Shown here: positions 25,323 through 38,300 of the stretch, piece after piece
Layout: the number at the start of each line of letters is the position of its first letter
How positions within the stretch are numbered: the stretch's first letter is position 1
Origin: Stylophora pistillata
Lineage: Eukaryota
Direction of reading: 5' to 3'
DNA: 64,000 nucleotides
NCBI RefSeq assembly: GCF_002571385.2
Contig: NW_019218119.1
Span: 142,382-206,381 of the forward strand
Translations under genes and position numbers: made by a program
The notes under the pieces: generated by a model
What the model was told of the DNA's origin: nothing
The model's database searches: none
The model's input: the letters and a program-made list of their open reading frames with translations, nothing else

Positions 25323-25659
25323 CTCGTTCACAGCATGTCCCTCCGTATCCCGCTCTGCAACTGCATCTGCCGTTGGTCGGAGTGCCTCCGTTCCGGCAAT
25401 TGCCTCTATTACAGGCTTGAGTTTCTTGCAGATGGTATGGACATGTTCCTCCACAGGACGCGCCTGTAGTCACTGAACGTGTTCGTGCTTGTGATCCGCC
25501 CGTTCCGCAATGATGGGAACATGAACTCCAACTTGTCCAGCTTCCAACCTGACAGTTTACTGGGCTGCAAGGAGGAACCCTTCTCCGCCGCCGTCTTCTC
25601 CAAGCTTCCGTTTCAGTCAAAACGCAACAAAGCCATATTACTAGAAGTAACCTAGTCAT
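25323..25659 (-). CDS. Candidate alternative first exon A3 of gene A (SP, WRRRRRRR, TSP1, EGF-like)
   Basis: Intact paralogue of A1; phase-1 donor GAACGAG|gtgagt at the same codon position. Confidence 0.75.
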
Positions 25660-26144
25660 TTCTAAGATTCTTAGTTTAGTCTCTGCCTCAATAGAGAAGT
25701 GGGATTAACTTTTCCCTTCGCAAGGAGCCGCGGTTAATTGTTAAAGATCATTCTTTAATTCTGAGCTAGTATTGACTGCGGGTACATTTTCTAGGAGAGG
25801 GTTTTTTTCTTTGATAAATATATCCACGAATTGCATGTTAACAATATGCGCTTAAACTGCCATGTAACGGAAGTCGTCACCGTATTGAAACACAATATTT
25901 TATTTACCGGCATTGACTTTAAGCCTATACTCGTGTAATATAACCACGGTTTTAATTCCGGGATTAATCGTTGTTGACTTACTTACTTGTTAAGGTTTCT
26001 AAGGAAGTCGGTAAAGACCTCGGGGCGATAAAGATTCGTGGCTGCATTATAATTTGCTCACCAAGGGTGAAAAATAGCGAAATTTTACGGACTATGTCTC
26101 AATGAAATAAGATAGATGAAGAAGTGTGTATCGCAATTTCTACG
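25660..26144. promoter_or_regulatory. Putative bidirectional promoter P3 (A3 <- -> B3)
   Basis: 485 bp between divergent ATGs, same geometry as P1. Confidence 0.5.
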
Positions 26145-26333
26145 ATGCTCAGAAAATACCTGTTTGCGTTGCTAGTAATTTTACATATAGACGGGTTGCA
26201 AGGGAAAAGCGCCACGCAGAAATCGCTGCGACTCCAGCACCTCACAAAATGTATCTACGATTACGAAGTGACAGTTTACACTGCCCGAGGGGACAAGTCT
26301 ACCCACAGCGATGGTTACCAAGTTTACGCTCTG
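26145..26333 (+). CDS. Gene B proximal first exon B3
   Basis: MLRKYLFALLVILHIDGLQG...CIYDYEVTVYTARGDKSTHSDGYQVYAL|gtaagg; signal peptide and phase-0 donor. Confidence 0.82.
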
Positions 26334-29300
26334 GTAAGGCTCACTTCGATCAGTTCAGGTTGATTAACAGAGCTTTCTGTATCACAGTTATATTTCTCTG
26401 TTTCCTTGCATGTGCGACCAGCGTTACAAAATATGCAATGATTTACGCTTTCCTCGGAGAAAGCAAAGCTTGTCACATCGCTTTGTATATAAAGTATATT
26501 GTAGAGGAGACTAATTAGATAAAATAGGAATGGGAAGAGGGAACAGCTTAATCTGCGTTTCCTACGACGGCAGAAAACTGCTGAAAAAGTCGCTCTGTAG
26601 CAGAGAGAATAACATTGAATTGACTGATCATAAAACGACATTATCCCACTCTAGAGTCGTGGTTTTTTTTTCACATGTGTAGACTTCGCGTTTGCAAGGA
26701 AATGGTGTTCGGCTTTGCGCTTTGGTCGGTTAACATTTTTTGTTTTTAGCTTGCTGTTTGCGATTACGCGCTCTAGCATGTGATTCAAAGATATTTTCAT
26801 GAAACGGCTACAAGCAAATGTATTTTTATTTAACATGTATTAGTACGTGTTAAACGCAACGCGTGCAATATAGCAAGTGGAACGAGGCTGATACTTCCAA
26901 GGACTTGATATTCTTTTCAAATACCGTCATGCTATTCTCGCTAATGGTTGAAATTGATCATAGTCATTTTAATTCCAGCTGAGTCGTTTCAACCATCTTT
27001 AATCTTTCCTCTTTCTTTACACACGCTGATTAAAATTCATCAGGCTATAGAGTGCAATAAATGAATTTATATCCATGCTATAAAACTAATCTTTACTCTA
27101 CAAATTACTTGCTACAGTGTATACCTTACCAGCTATTCACAAAGCAAAGGCTTTTTTTTTTCATGAATGCTGCGTATCTAATTCTTGAATGGAGAAAGCG
27201 CTTAAATTGAGTCCACAATTCTGTCTCTCTAAGGCTACAAGGCAGGCTGTTCTAGAAGTTTGCGCCATTGTAGCTAAAACTATTTTTTAGAGACAGTGTA
27301 GTTGGTCCATTAAGACTACAGAAATGTTTTGTTGTGGCAACAGTAACTACTCCATCACTTAATAATGGATTCCACTCAAAAGCGTGCTTAATATCGCATC
27401 CTGTTGAAAGTTCGAATTCAAGAGCCATTGGTCTTATTTTAAGAATTCCCTGGCACAATGATGTGAGAACTGTGGTCAATTGTTTGTTTGACCATATAAG
27501 GTCATGAATTGGATTTTATTGTTCGATCTTCGATAGTTTCAATTCTCCCCACGCACCTTTTCAAAATGTTGGTTTGCGACGTATGCTATCAAAAGATTAC
27601 TCTTGAATCAACTTACACGCAAAGGCACGCAATTACATGTACCTCGCGCAACATTTCCGCATGCCGTCTGTGCTATTTTCGCCACTATGCATGCAATAAA
27701 GGACCCGAATTCGCAAGGAGTATAAGTCTTCCCAGATCGTCTTGGGATTAACTTTACATTTGTAGATTTTTCCTAACTAGTTTTTCTACAACAGGTTTTC
27801 CTTTCGAGTGAAGGTGCGAGTGAAAATATATATATATATATATATGACAAAATGGGGCTTGAAACGTCCTCGTGTCTCTATGCAAATATTACTCTTTTGT
27901 TGGACAAAGACATTTTTTCAAGGGAGAAATTTGAAGTGAAGATTGCACGAAGAGGGCACTACTGTGCCTTTGCTTGACGCATGTACTTAAAAATATTGAT
28001 CACTGATCCTGAGTTACTATTACTTCCTGAAAAAAAACAAACCAGCAATTCAGCAAGTTTGCGCATAGATTCCCAGTGTCTAGATCACAACGGGTTTAAC
28101 AACTGCAATAACTAATTGATTCTCTCTTTTTTAACAACATTGTCTGCTTAAGCAACATTTTCTGGGCTTCCCGGCCCAGGGTATTGATGGATTGATGGAA
28201 TCATACTCTTTGGCTCTGCTTATCATACTATATTTAAAAATATTGTCTACAGAATAAAACACAAAGTATTGATAATGGCTATGTTTAGGAGAGCAACGAA
28301 AGTTATTATTCCAACAGGAATTTCATTTGTTATTTTACTTTATTTTGAAGGAAAGCCTAATTTCGTTGATAATTATTGCCTACGTTTATTTCAGGTCGAC
28401 TTAACACCAGCATCTCGTGACTTTAATGGGAGGGAACACTCGCATCTCATTAAGCTTGACGTGCGGGAACCGCGCTTAAGGCGCCTACATCATGGGCGTG
28501 TTCTTGCCAATCACCCTGTCAATGAAGAGTTTGAAGAGCAGCTGTCAAAACCATTTTACTTCCAGCAGGAAGATCATGGTACCATTACTGACGTTCTTTT
28601 TCCAAAGAGGTCCGAGTCCCCCGAAATTGCGGCCTTCAAGAAAGGTAAGGGGAAGAAAGACAAAATTTATCCCCACATTCATCCACAGCATCAGCACCTC
28701 AACAGTTTGGACGTCCAGATATAATTTTCGATTTACTTAGTACGTACTTAAATGTAATAACGATTTAAGTGCCGTTCAACTGAGGAGCGGAGAAACTACA
28801 GAATATCTCATGTTTAAGGTCTTCGTTGTATAATTTTGACAGCCCTTTCCAATATAAACCATACTCATTTTGTAAATGAATGGTTTTGGCTGAACTAAAC
28901 GTCAAAGATAAGGCTGAAATTGCCTAGTTTCTTTCTTTTACTTGTAGTGAAACTAAAAGGAAACAACAAGAACAACTTTCACGCAAAGTGCACAGGCTGT
29001 TTGAAATACGTATATTTTGATGTTTTGAGGCTTTCTACTAAATTGGCAGATTGGTGTCATGCACCGGAAAATTAGGGTTTCGTTTCAGTCAACTCAGGCT
29101 TATGCTGCACATGAGTTCTCTCCAATAGAAGGGATCGTGGGGAGGGGGAGGGTCATTCTGTTAAACAACGTACGATTTTGCTCCCATTACTCATTATTTG
29201 ACAACAGGTATTGCAGGTGCATTTCAGCTTAACCTTAAAGATGCGCACAGATCCAACATCTATGAAGTACAAGAACACGATGATTCTGGTTTCTTTCGAA

Positions 29301-32300
29301 CAAAGTACAATGTTATGTCAGCAAACGAGACACACGCTCATCTGCATCGCACCTGGACGAACCAAGATTACCAAACGTTTGCGGATGGTACTCCGGCGAA
29401 GGCAGAACACAAGGTGCAGTCTCAACACAGTTCGTACATCCATGTGAAAGACGGAAAGGTAGAAAGAGTTCACCGTACTAATAAGGCATTTTTTAGACCC
29501 GCCAATGGGCATCCAAGGGCAGACAATTTCGAAGGATTTAAAGGCCAAGAGCAAGACATTGAAATGTCAACAAAGGGATACAGTAAACTGACGTTAAGAT
29601 CTTGTCTAACACCTGAACACCATCGTTCCAAGCGCTCGACAACTGAGGAACAGCATGTGAAGATAGCTCGTACTCTCAACAGAGACAATCTTTTGTTTAC
29701 TGATACTGAGAGGATAAACTGGTCCAAGATCGGAGGAGAGAAGAAAAAGCCGAGGCCTTTCTATGAAGTGCTGCGCTGCTTCACCGACAAAAGCATGAAG
29801 GAGCGTCAAATTGCTGATTGCTCTAATGAGATGCATCGTATGGTTCGCGAAGATGAAGACTCTTTTCGAATGATCAATCGACTTGTGCGGGACCGAAGTC
29901 ACCAGAACATCACCTCTTGGGCTGTATATATAGCAGCACTTGCCGGTCATGGAAATTACCAGGCCCAAAACACTTTAGCGCAAGCAGTCAAGACAGATTA
30001 CCCTCGACCTCTTAGCAAAGAAGAATACGAGACACTTCTGATCGGAATTTTCTACTTACCAGAAGGTCCACTTCACTCACAACTCTTTGCTGCCTTGTTG
30101 AACCTAGCATCACAAGAAGAAAAAGGAGATGAAGTTACATCTACAGCGATGCTAGTTCTAGCCGGACTAGCTGAAAGAGCAAAGAGATCGGGATACAATG
30201 ATACCTTATGTGAAAGCGTAGTTGAGATGATTCACAACAGGTACAAAAACAGATCAACACTGTATCATCCCGACAGCTCGGACCACGAAATACAGCTAAG
30301 AGACCACATCTGGGCCTTTGGAAATCTTGGACATTTTTCGGGACTTCCAGTAATCCTAAAACACATTGACCACGATAACTCTGGTATACGATCGGCAGCG
30401 ATCTCAGCATTGCGCAAGCTTCCTCCCGAGCACACGAATCAACACTTGCTGCATGCACTATACACAGATGAACATTCCGATGTTAAAGCTGCCGTTGTTA
30501 ATATCTTTGTCGAGCGTCATCAAAATTTAAGCGATTCAGTAGTAAAAGGCCTAGAGCATGCATTATGGCACGCTCCAGAAAGCGAGACTCTGGACTCCAT
30601 GATTATTCAGCTTATTGAAAATCACGGTGATCACCCTAAGGCCCTCTACTTAAGGAGAAGACGACGTGCGATTCATCGCCAAAAACGTGCTCTCTTTCCA
30701 TTCCTCCGTCCAAGAGAGTTTGCTCTTGGCCGATCGAAGCGATGGTTGAAGACCTATGGTGGTAAGTGGTTGGGTGCCGAAACAATCATCCGGTTCATTA
30801 ATCAGGTGAAGCTGAGAATTGGCATTTTTGGCGGGAACTTTGAGGTTAATCTTGACAACTATGCGCATGTTCATGCTTACATTCTCAAGTTTGGATTTGA
30901 AGTCGTCCGAGGTAAAGCTGCTTTTAAGGCTTCTGTCAGTTTTAAGAATGATTTCCCGAAAGACCTCATCCATGCCGTGGCTGACGCAGGAGACGATCTC
31001 CTCAAGCAGTTTGATAGTATTACAAGTGTGATTGCTGAACAGATAAACCAATTCATCAGCAAACTTGCCGGCTATTTACCGTTGTATATCGACAAATTTA
31101 TAGAGTTCGTCAACAAGTTCGTTCAATTTGTGCAGAATCTAGTGCAACCTCTACGACCGATTAATCTTATCGGAAAAATCATAACATTTACCAAAGATGT
31201 TCTAAGCCGCCTCAAGGACTGGAAGTGGCTCACAAAAATGATAAAGAAAATACAGCTAAGTCTCGGAAGGCTGACTGTCGTAGATGACGTTTTTCAAAAC
31301 GTTATTGCAGCTCTGGACAATATACTTGGCATTGTAGGTAACATAACCAACTATTTGCCCCATGATCTTCCCAGAAATTTCAATATCAAGACACTTCTGG
31401 ACATTCTTCGCTCGGTCTCTGTCGACCTCCATTTTGACAAAATCAAAGAATATTTCAATTCCATAGGTTTATCTGTTCCTGATGGTTTTCGTTTACAGCT
31501 TCCGTTCAAGTTTTCCATCCGCCTCTCGTTTTCTCTGGAAACATTTCAGCAAGTTTCCTTAAATCTTCTACGGTTTGCCAATCGTTTCCTGGATATGTCT
31601 TCCTCGCTTGATTTTCTTCAAAGCATTAGATTCCCCAGGTTACAGTTACCAGACATGAACCAACGATTTCCTCCATTTAGGGGTAGTGGTTTTAACTTTG
31701 GTCTGCGTTTTGATTGGCGGATCAGCTTAAAGTTCAACCTCAATCTGAAATCACCAGGCTTCCAAAATTTTATCGCAATTTTAGAGAAACTTGGAGACTT
31801 TTTAGTGCAGTTCAAACTCCCGGGTTTTGATCTCCAAAAGTTTTTTGAACAAATATTACCTGGCAAGAAGTTTGATCTCGAAGAACTTTTCCAAGGGCTG
31901 TTGGGCGGAAACTCCAACTCGAATTCTACAAATCCGAGTGAAGTTCTACAAGAATTTCTAGAGAGTATTATTAAAGTACTCGACGTTCAATATGGGAATG
32001 TCTCAGCAATAGGTGATATCACAGATTTCTTTCAGGAGCTCGGGCCGGCAATGGAGCAGTTCGCGGAGAAAAACGTACAGCGTATCTGTGGAGTGTATAA
32101 AGTGGCTTTGAACTCAACCAAGGAATTTAAAGAGTTTGGAGAAAACGTTGAGCAGGAAGGAATTCGGGTACTTCAGCTCGTACAGAATACTACCCAAAAT
32201 GCACTTACAGAACTGCTAAACTTTACCATCCTCGTAGATTCTTTAATAGACGAAATTCAGCGTAACTTTACCGTGGCTGCTAAAGGATTCGTCTCGGACT

Positions 32301-35300
32301 CGCTGCAAGAGCTCACCGGCAAACTGAAAGATATTCAAAATCTTGCGGATGATATAGTGGACTTTGCCAACGGGACAGCCTCAAAAGTCAATGGTGCATG
32401 CACCAAAGCTGCAAATTTCTCCGCTGACGTAATAGACAAAGTTCAAGAAAATGCTCGTGAAGCACTTACAGAACTAGGATCGTTCATCGGACCTGTCGCG
32501 ACGAAGATAAAAACGGTTGGGACAGAGTTGAAATCCGCTGTGTCTAACGTCGAGACGTGGTATGAAGAGAACATGGCAGCTCGTGTCGGGAAGATTTCTC
32601 GCGTTGCCCAGATTATTTCAGATTTTCTTTCAATTCTTAATACAAAGAAAGGGTTCCTGAAATCCGTTCGTGAAATAGCTGTTCGGATCAACGAGGCCCT
32701 CGCGCGTCTCAAAAATCTGCCAGAGTACGCAAATAAAGCAAGGAAAACAGTAGATGATATTCTTAACTTTGCGGACAGAGCCCAAGACTACGAAAAAGAG
32801 ATCCAGAAGCTTGATATCAGAAAGCAGTTTGGACTTGACTTTGATCAGCGAATAAAAGATGTCTGCAACGAGTTTAAGACTATCGCTACAGAGACGCTCG
32901 ACAAGTTTGGAAACTACGACATTGTCAAAGAAGTTAATACGTTTTTCAACGAAGAGGCCGATAAGCTCATCAGCAAAGCCGTGTCAAAGTTTCGTAGAAT
33001 TAAAGAACCAATCAACGAGATGCAAGACGAACTGAGAAATACCAAGGCCATGGTGCGTGAAGTTATGGTCGTCCTGATAGAGCTTAAGCCTTTCACTAAC
33101 AATTTTTCGCCTATTCTTGAGACGGCGGGACAATTACCCGACTGCAAGCAGATCAAGAAAATATTCGTAGAGAGCACTAAACCATGCGTCCGCAAAGCTT
33201 TTGGGGTTGGGAGATATGTCATTGATCAGTACAAGGACTTCAAGAAAGAAGTGAAAGTTCTCTATGACATGGTTCCGGCTACATGGAAGAACTTCAAAAT
33301 ACAGAAGTGTATCAAGGGTGGAACTTGCATCTCTAAAGCTTTTATCGATCAAGCTAAAACCATAAAAGATAAGGTCGACGTGCTGAAAGATAAATTTAAA
33401 GAAGCGAGTGGTTACAATGACATGCTTGAAACTTGCGAACAAGGCGTTGATAACATCACAGCTGTGATCGACAGAGTAAAACTCCTAGTGGAACAAGTCA
33501 GGAATTTCTCCCTCAAAGACGATGTTCAAAGAGTGAAGAAGGTTTTCCAAAAGATCACTGGCCGACAGGTCGAAAACAACGAGGGGAGTGGAATTCAAAA
33601 GCGCTCTATAAAAGACGTAAAGGAACGAATCGAAAGAATTGTGGACTATATACAGAAGGCGAAGGAAATACAGAAGAAAATGCAAGATTTGCTCGAGAAC
33701 ACATTCAAATCAATGAGAAATGTCTACGATGACGCTGTTCTAGAACATATTAAAGCGGTTAGAGATGTGCGTTCTAAACTTAAACTGTCATACGAACTGT
33801 GGAAGAAGACAAAGAATATAAACCACGTCCTACAAGCACTAGATACTGTTACCCAAGGTGCCTCAAGATATGCTGATAACTTAAAAGGTGTGACCAATTC
33901 ATTCTCGAGCCCAATCATCGACCTCTTATCTGAAACGGGAGAACTCAGTGATGTCGTGAAGCCCTATCTTGACAAATATGCGAACAAATTCACTGATACT
34001 GTTACAAAAGTCAACAACTTTTTGGACGAAGTTACCGACTTTCTTAGCAAGTTACAGCTGCGACAGAGAGGATTGGACCCCAGGGCCTACAAACCGTGGG
34101 AACAAATACCATATTGCTCAGGGGAAGTCTGTGTACGATCAATCAAACGATCTTCATCACTTTATCTAAAGACCATTTTCACTTGGAAGTTCCCGCATCT
34201 AGACGACCTTTCCTCCATGGATAAGAGTGGGCGATGGCTGACCCCTGGTTTATTTGATGACTATAAAGTAGAGGGTATTTCAAGGCTTTCCAAGAGCGAG
34301 GTTATTTTGGGTATGCACGGAGTCTCAAGTAACAAAGGGAAAGCATCGCTTTTGGTGGTTACCAATTTTGGTAATGGAGTTAAAAAGATAATTCAACTTG
34401 GTAGTCAAGGAAGCCCTCTAGTTGTGAAAATAGGAGGAGTAGCTGTTGCTCGAGATTGGATCTGGATCAGTGACAGCGCATCAAACAAAATTTATTCCGT
34501 AAAGAAATCTGGTGTGACAAGTTCCTTCTCGTCGCCAAAGCCATCTTGGATTGGTGTGTCGAAATCTGCATCAGTTGAAGGTAGTGCAACTTCTCTTTCA
34601 TACGATGAGCCAACAAATGTCCTTTGGGTAACAGACGGCAAAGGTGGAAAGGCCTACGGCTATAAGCTATCTGCGAGTGGGGATCTGTCTTCATCTGGCT
34701 TAACACCTGACAGAGTAATCATCATCGGAGCAAACGCGCAAGGCATGGGTATCGTCAGACAGTTCAGTACCGAGTATGTTTGCATCTCGAAATGTGCCAT
34801 GATTTCTGGTTTCCAATGTAAGCTCGAGTTCCATGACATCAGTGGTGGTGATGAGACCGGAGAAAACACGCTCTCTAGGGTCGTTAGAACCCCCTCGGGC
34901 TTAGAATCGGTCTCCAGGGTTGACAATGAAGTTATTGCAGTGGCGTTCTCAAGTGGTACTTATGCTGAGAAAGATAATGTAGAGCTTATAGGTGGCGACT
35001 TTGAAGAAAGATATTTCTATATAAGACTGCCGATTTTGAAAATGACTTTTGGAATCCAAGAGAACTGCCTCTTTTTTACAGTTATGAATGACTACATTCT
35101 GCGACCCCGGAGGTTGTTTCCATTCGGAGATATGATTTGCGGAACCACAAGAAAGCGAAGCACCTCGCAAGAGCTCTTAGAGTCTGATGTTTATTCTGAA
35201 CAACTGGAAGAAGTTCATAAGAGTAACAGGAGAATGCGAAGGCAAGTCTCAGATCTCGGATCGTGTATGACCTTGTTCCGTGGAAATGTTCTTAGGGGAT

Positions 35301-38300
35301 ATCATAAATTCTTCCCTGAATATTCGCAAACCATCATTGTGTTTGGCATACCTGTAAGACTATTTGCTGGGGCTGGTGGTTACTATAGTGTGGACTATCA
35401 AGGGCAAGTTTGTATGAGAGACAAAGTTTTCAGACTTAGTCTCATCCCTGGAGCCTGGATCTCTGTATACGCTGGAGCTTCTTTGTCACTTTTTATTGTA
35501 GAAGCTGGAATTACGATTGAGGCAAGACTTCTAGAATCCTACTTCGTACCAGAACTGAGAATCAAGATCGATAAGTGGCCGCTTAAAGCCTGCATTGAGC
35601 TTAGGCTACGAATGACTCCTCTTCGCATAAGAGTTTGGTTGTGGTACAGATTCCGTCTCTGCATTCGGATCAAGTGTAAGTTGTTTGGCTGTAGCATTAA
35701 GATTAAATGGTGTTCGAAGAAGACCCTTGCGGAGTGGTGGTGGTCAGCGAGAACGATCGACCGGACGCTCTTTACAAATTGCCACGAAGATGTAGACACA
35801 ACGCCTCCTATCGCTGGGGAATGTACTGCAAGGCAAGCTGCTGACAAAAAATATTTCGTCCAGTGGCATGGATTCTACGAAGATACTAAAATAAACAACT
35901 ACCACGTGAGGATAGGATCCATTCAGGGTTCTGGCGATGACTACTCTGCATGGGTGGGAACATCTTTAAGCGTAGTTATCAACGATCTCCCAATAATGCA
36001 TGGACGAGACGTGTTTGTCAGCGTATTGGCGACAAATGACATGGGTCGTGACAGTAAGTTAGTTAACTGCCCACAATTTACGGCTAGACGTAAGGGTCCT
36101 CAGATTCGTTATGTCTACGATGGTGTCGATGAACATCAAGATGCAGATTATCAGTCAGATACATACGCTTTAGGTATGAATTTTGCCCTCAAGAGCAATA
36201 TTGAAGATATTGCATTCATAAAATGGGGGGTATCGTCTGTTACCAGCTGCACTTTTGACGAAGCTGAAGCAGATATCGTTCCTCTGACGACTCTTGGTGA
36301 TTCAACTACCATCCAGACATCTAGCCTAGATTTGCATCACGGCAAAAAATATTTCACACGCCTTTATGCGATGGATTTGTTTGGACTAAAAGCAGTTATG
36401 TGCAGCGATGGTATTTTGATTGACACGACACCGCCTTTTGCCGGGTATTTCCAGGATGGTGCTGGTGAAGCTGATGCAATGTTTCTGCCATCGCTAAGGC
36501 GTGTTCGGGGAAAATTTGATCTTTTCAAAGATCCCGAGAGCCCTATGGTGAGATACGAGTGGAAGATTTCAAGAAACAAAACCGATGAAGATGTTACATC
36601 ATTTGTAGATATTGCACTCACACAACAGACTCCTCTTATGAATGGCCTTTCTCTTGAAGCTGGTTTCCCTTACAAGCTAGTACTCCGTGGAACAAATGCG
36701 GCTGGACTTCAAACAGTTATTGAAACAAATGGATTTGTGCCAGATAATACGCCGCCGTATTGCGAAACGAATGCTATTGACGTAACGAACAATGAAGATT
36801 TGTTTGATGTTGACTTTGTAAGAAAACTGAGCAGTATTCAAGCAAAATGGAAATGTGGGGACCAGGAAAGTGGCATCAGCGCACAACTGGTAGGAATTGG
36901 CACTTATCCAGGAGGACATGACGTGAGAGCATTTGAAGATGTCACCTCTGTTACCCACAAAGTCTTCAAAGATGGGATGCTTTTTGCGAGTTTTTCTGAT
37001 GTCAACATTCTTCCGCGAGTAAGATATCACGTCTCCATAAAGATTATAAATGGAGCTAACCTTAAGAAAACCATTTCTTCCAATGGCATTATCATTGACA
37101 ATACACCGCCCACGGTCGCTTCACAATACATTAAAGATGGCGTAGAGGGGAGGGATAAGAACTACACCAGCGAAAGATATATCTTTAGCTCACACTGGGA
37201 ACAAGCGTTCGCAGATTCAGAAAGTGGCCTAGTCGAATATCGCGTTGGTTTAGGGACTAACCCTGGACTGGATGACATTAAGAATTTTAAAACGGTTGGC
37301 TTGCAAACCAGAATGACCATTTCAGGTCTTTTTCTGAGCAGTGGTCAGCGTTATTTTGTTACAGTTGTTGGCTGCAAGGGTGTTGGTATGTGTACTAATG
37401 GCAGTAGCAATGGAGCCATTGTCGACTTTATTCCTCCACACACTGGAAAAGTCATCACCGGATTAACGGGTCCTCCTCAGTTGTTTCAGTGGATAAGTAA
37501 ATCAGTATGGGCACGATGGAATTGGTGTTTAGAGGATGAACAGAGAGTATCTGGACCAGTCGACCCTGATCAGTGCAGTAACGACAGCTTCTACGATGTA
37601 CATAGTGGTGTTTCAGGTTTTGGTATTGCAGTAGCCTCTTTGAAGACTGATGCCCTATTGGCCGCACCTATGACGGCTGGACGAGTGAGGTCCACTGGGC
37701 GTAACATTGACCTTGAAGATGGAGTGTACTCAGTGGTTATTGAAGCAAAAGATAAAGCAGGTGTTGCTGCACGCGGCTTGTCAAACACATTCATCGTTGA
37801 TACTAGTCCCCCTCTAATAACTTACGTCCAGCATGGACATTTCAGCGAAACACTGACATTTATAAACACACCGCGTATTACTTTCAGAGCGTATTTCGAA
37901 ATTGAGGACGATTTATCCAGAGTCGCAACGTACAAGGTGGGAGTTGGAAGCTATCCTGGGGCTGATGACGTCATGAAATTTCAGTCGACTCCATTAACCA
38001 CACCGATGTCTTCAATGAGAGCCAACTGGACAGCGCAAAACTTGTTATCCGTGGAAAACAACCGACGTTATTATATTACCATCTGGGCCATCAACAACGC
38101 TGGGCTGTTTAGCATCAGATCATCGCCCCCTCTGCTTTCTGACCAAGAGTCCCCAAAGAGAGGAATCATCCTAGACGGATGGGGTTCAGTAGATGCCCAG
38201 TATCAAAGCTACTCCACTCTATTCCGTGCCCACTGGTATGGCTTTACTGATTTCTCTGGTGTTGAAACGGTACTATTAGGTTTATCGAGCAGGTCAGACT

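Noticed and set aside
15468-25659. Three independent single-exon small TSP1 genes, as the ORF track suggests
   Set aside because: Similarity between the three stops exactly at conserved GT donors and the read-through tails are unrelated. Alternative first exons fit better, though this is not excluded without RNA data.
27826-27845. (TA)n and (AAT/ATT)n microsatellites (also ~7175, ~45240, ~50380)
   Set aside because: Ordinary short intronic simple repeats.
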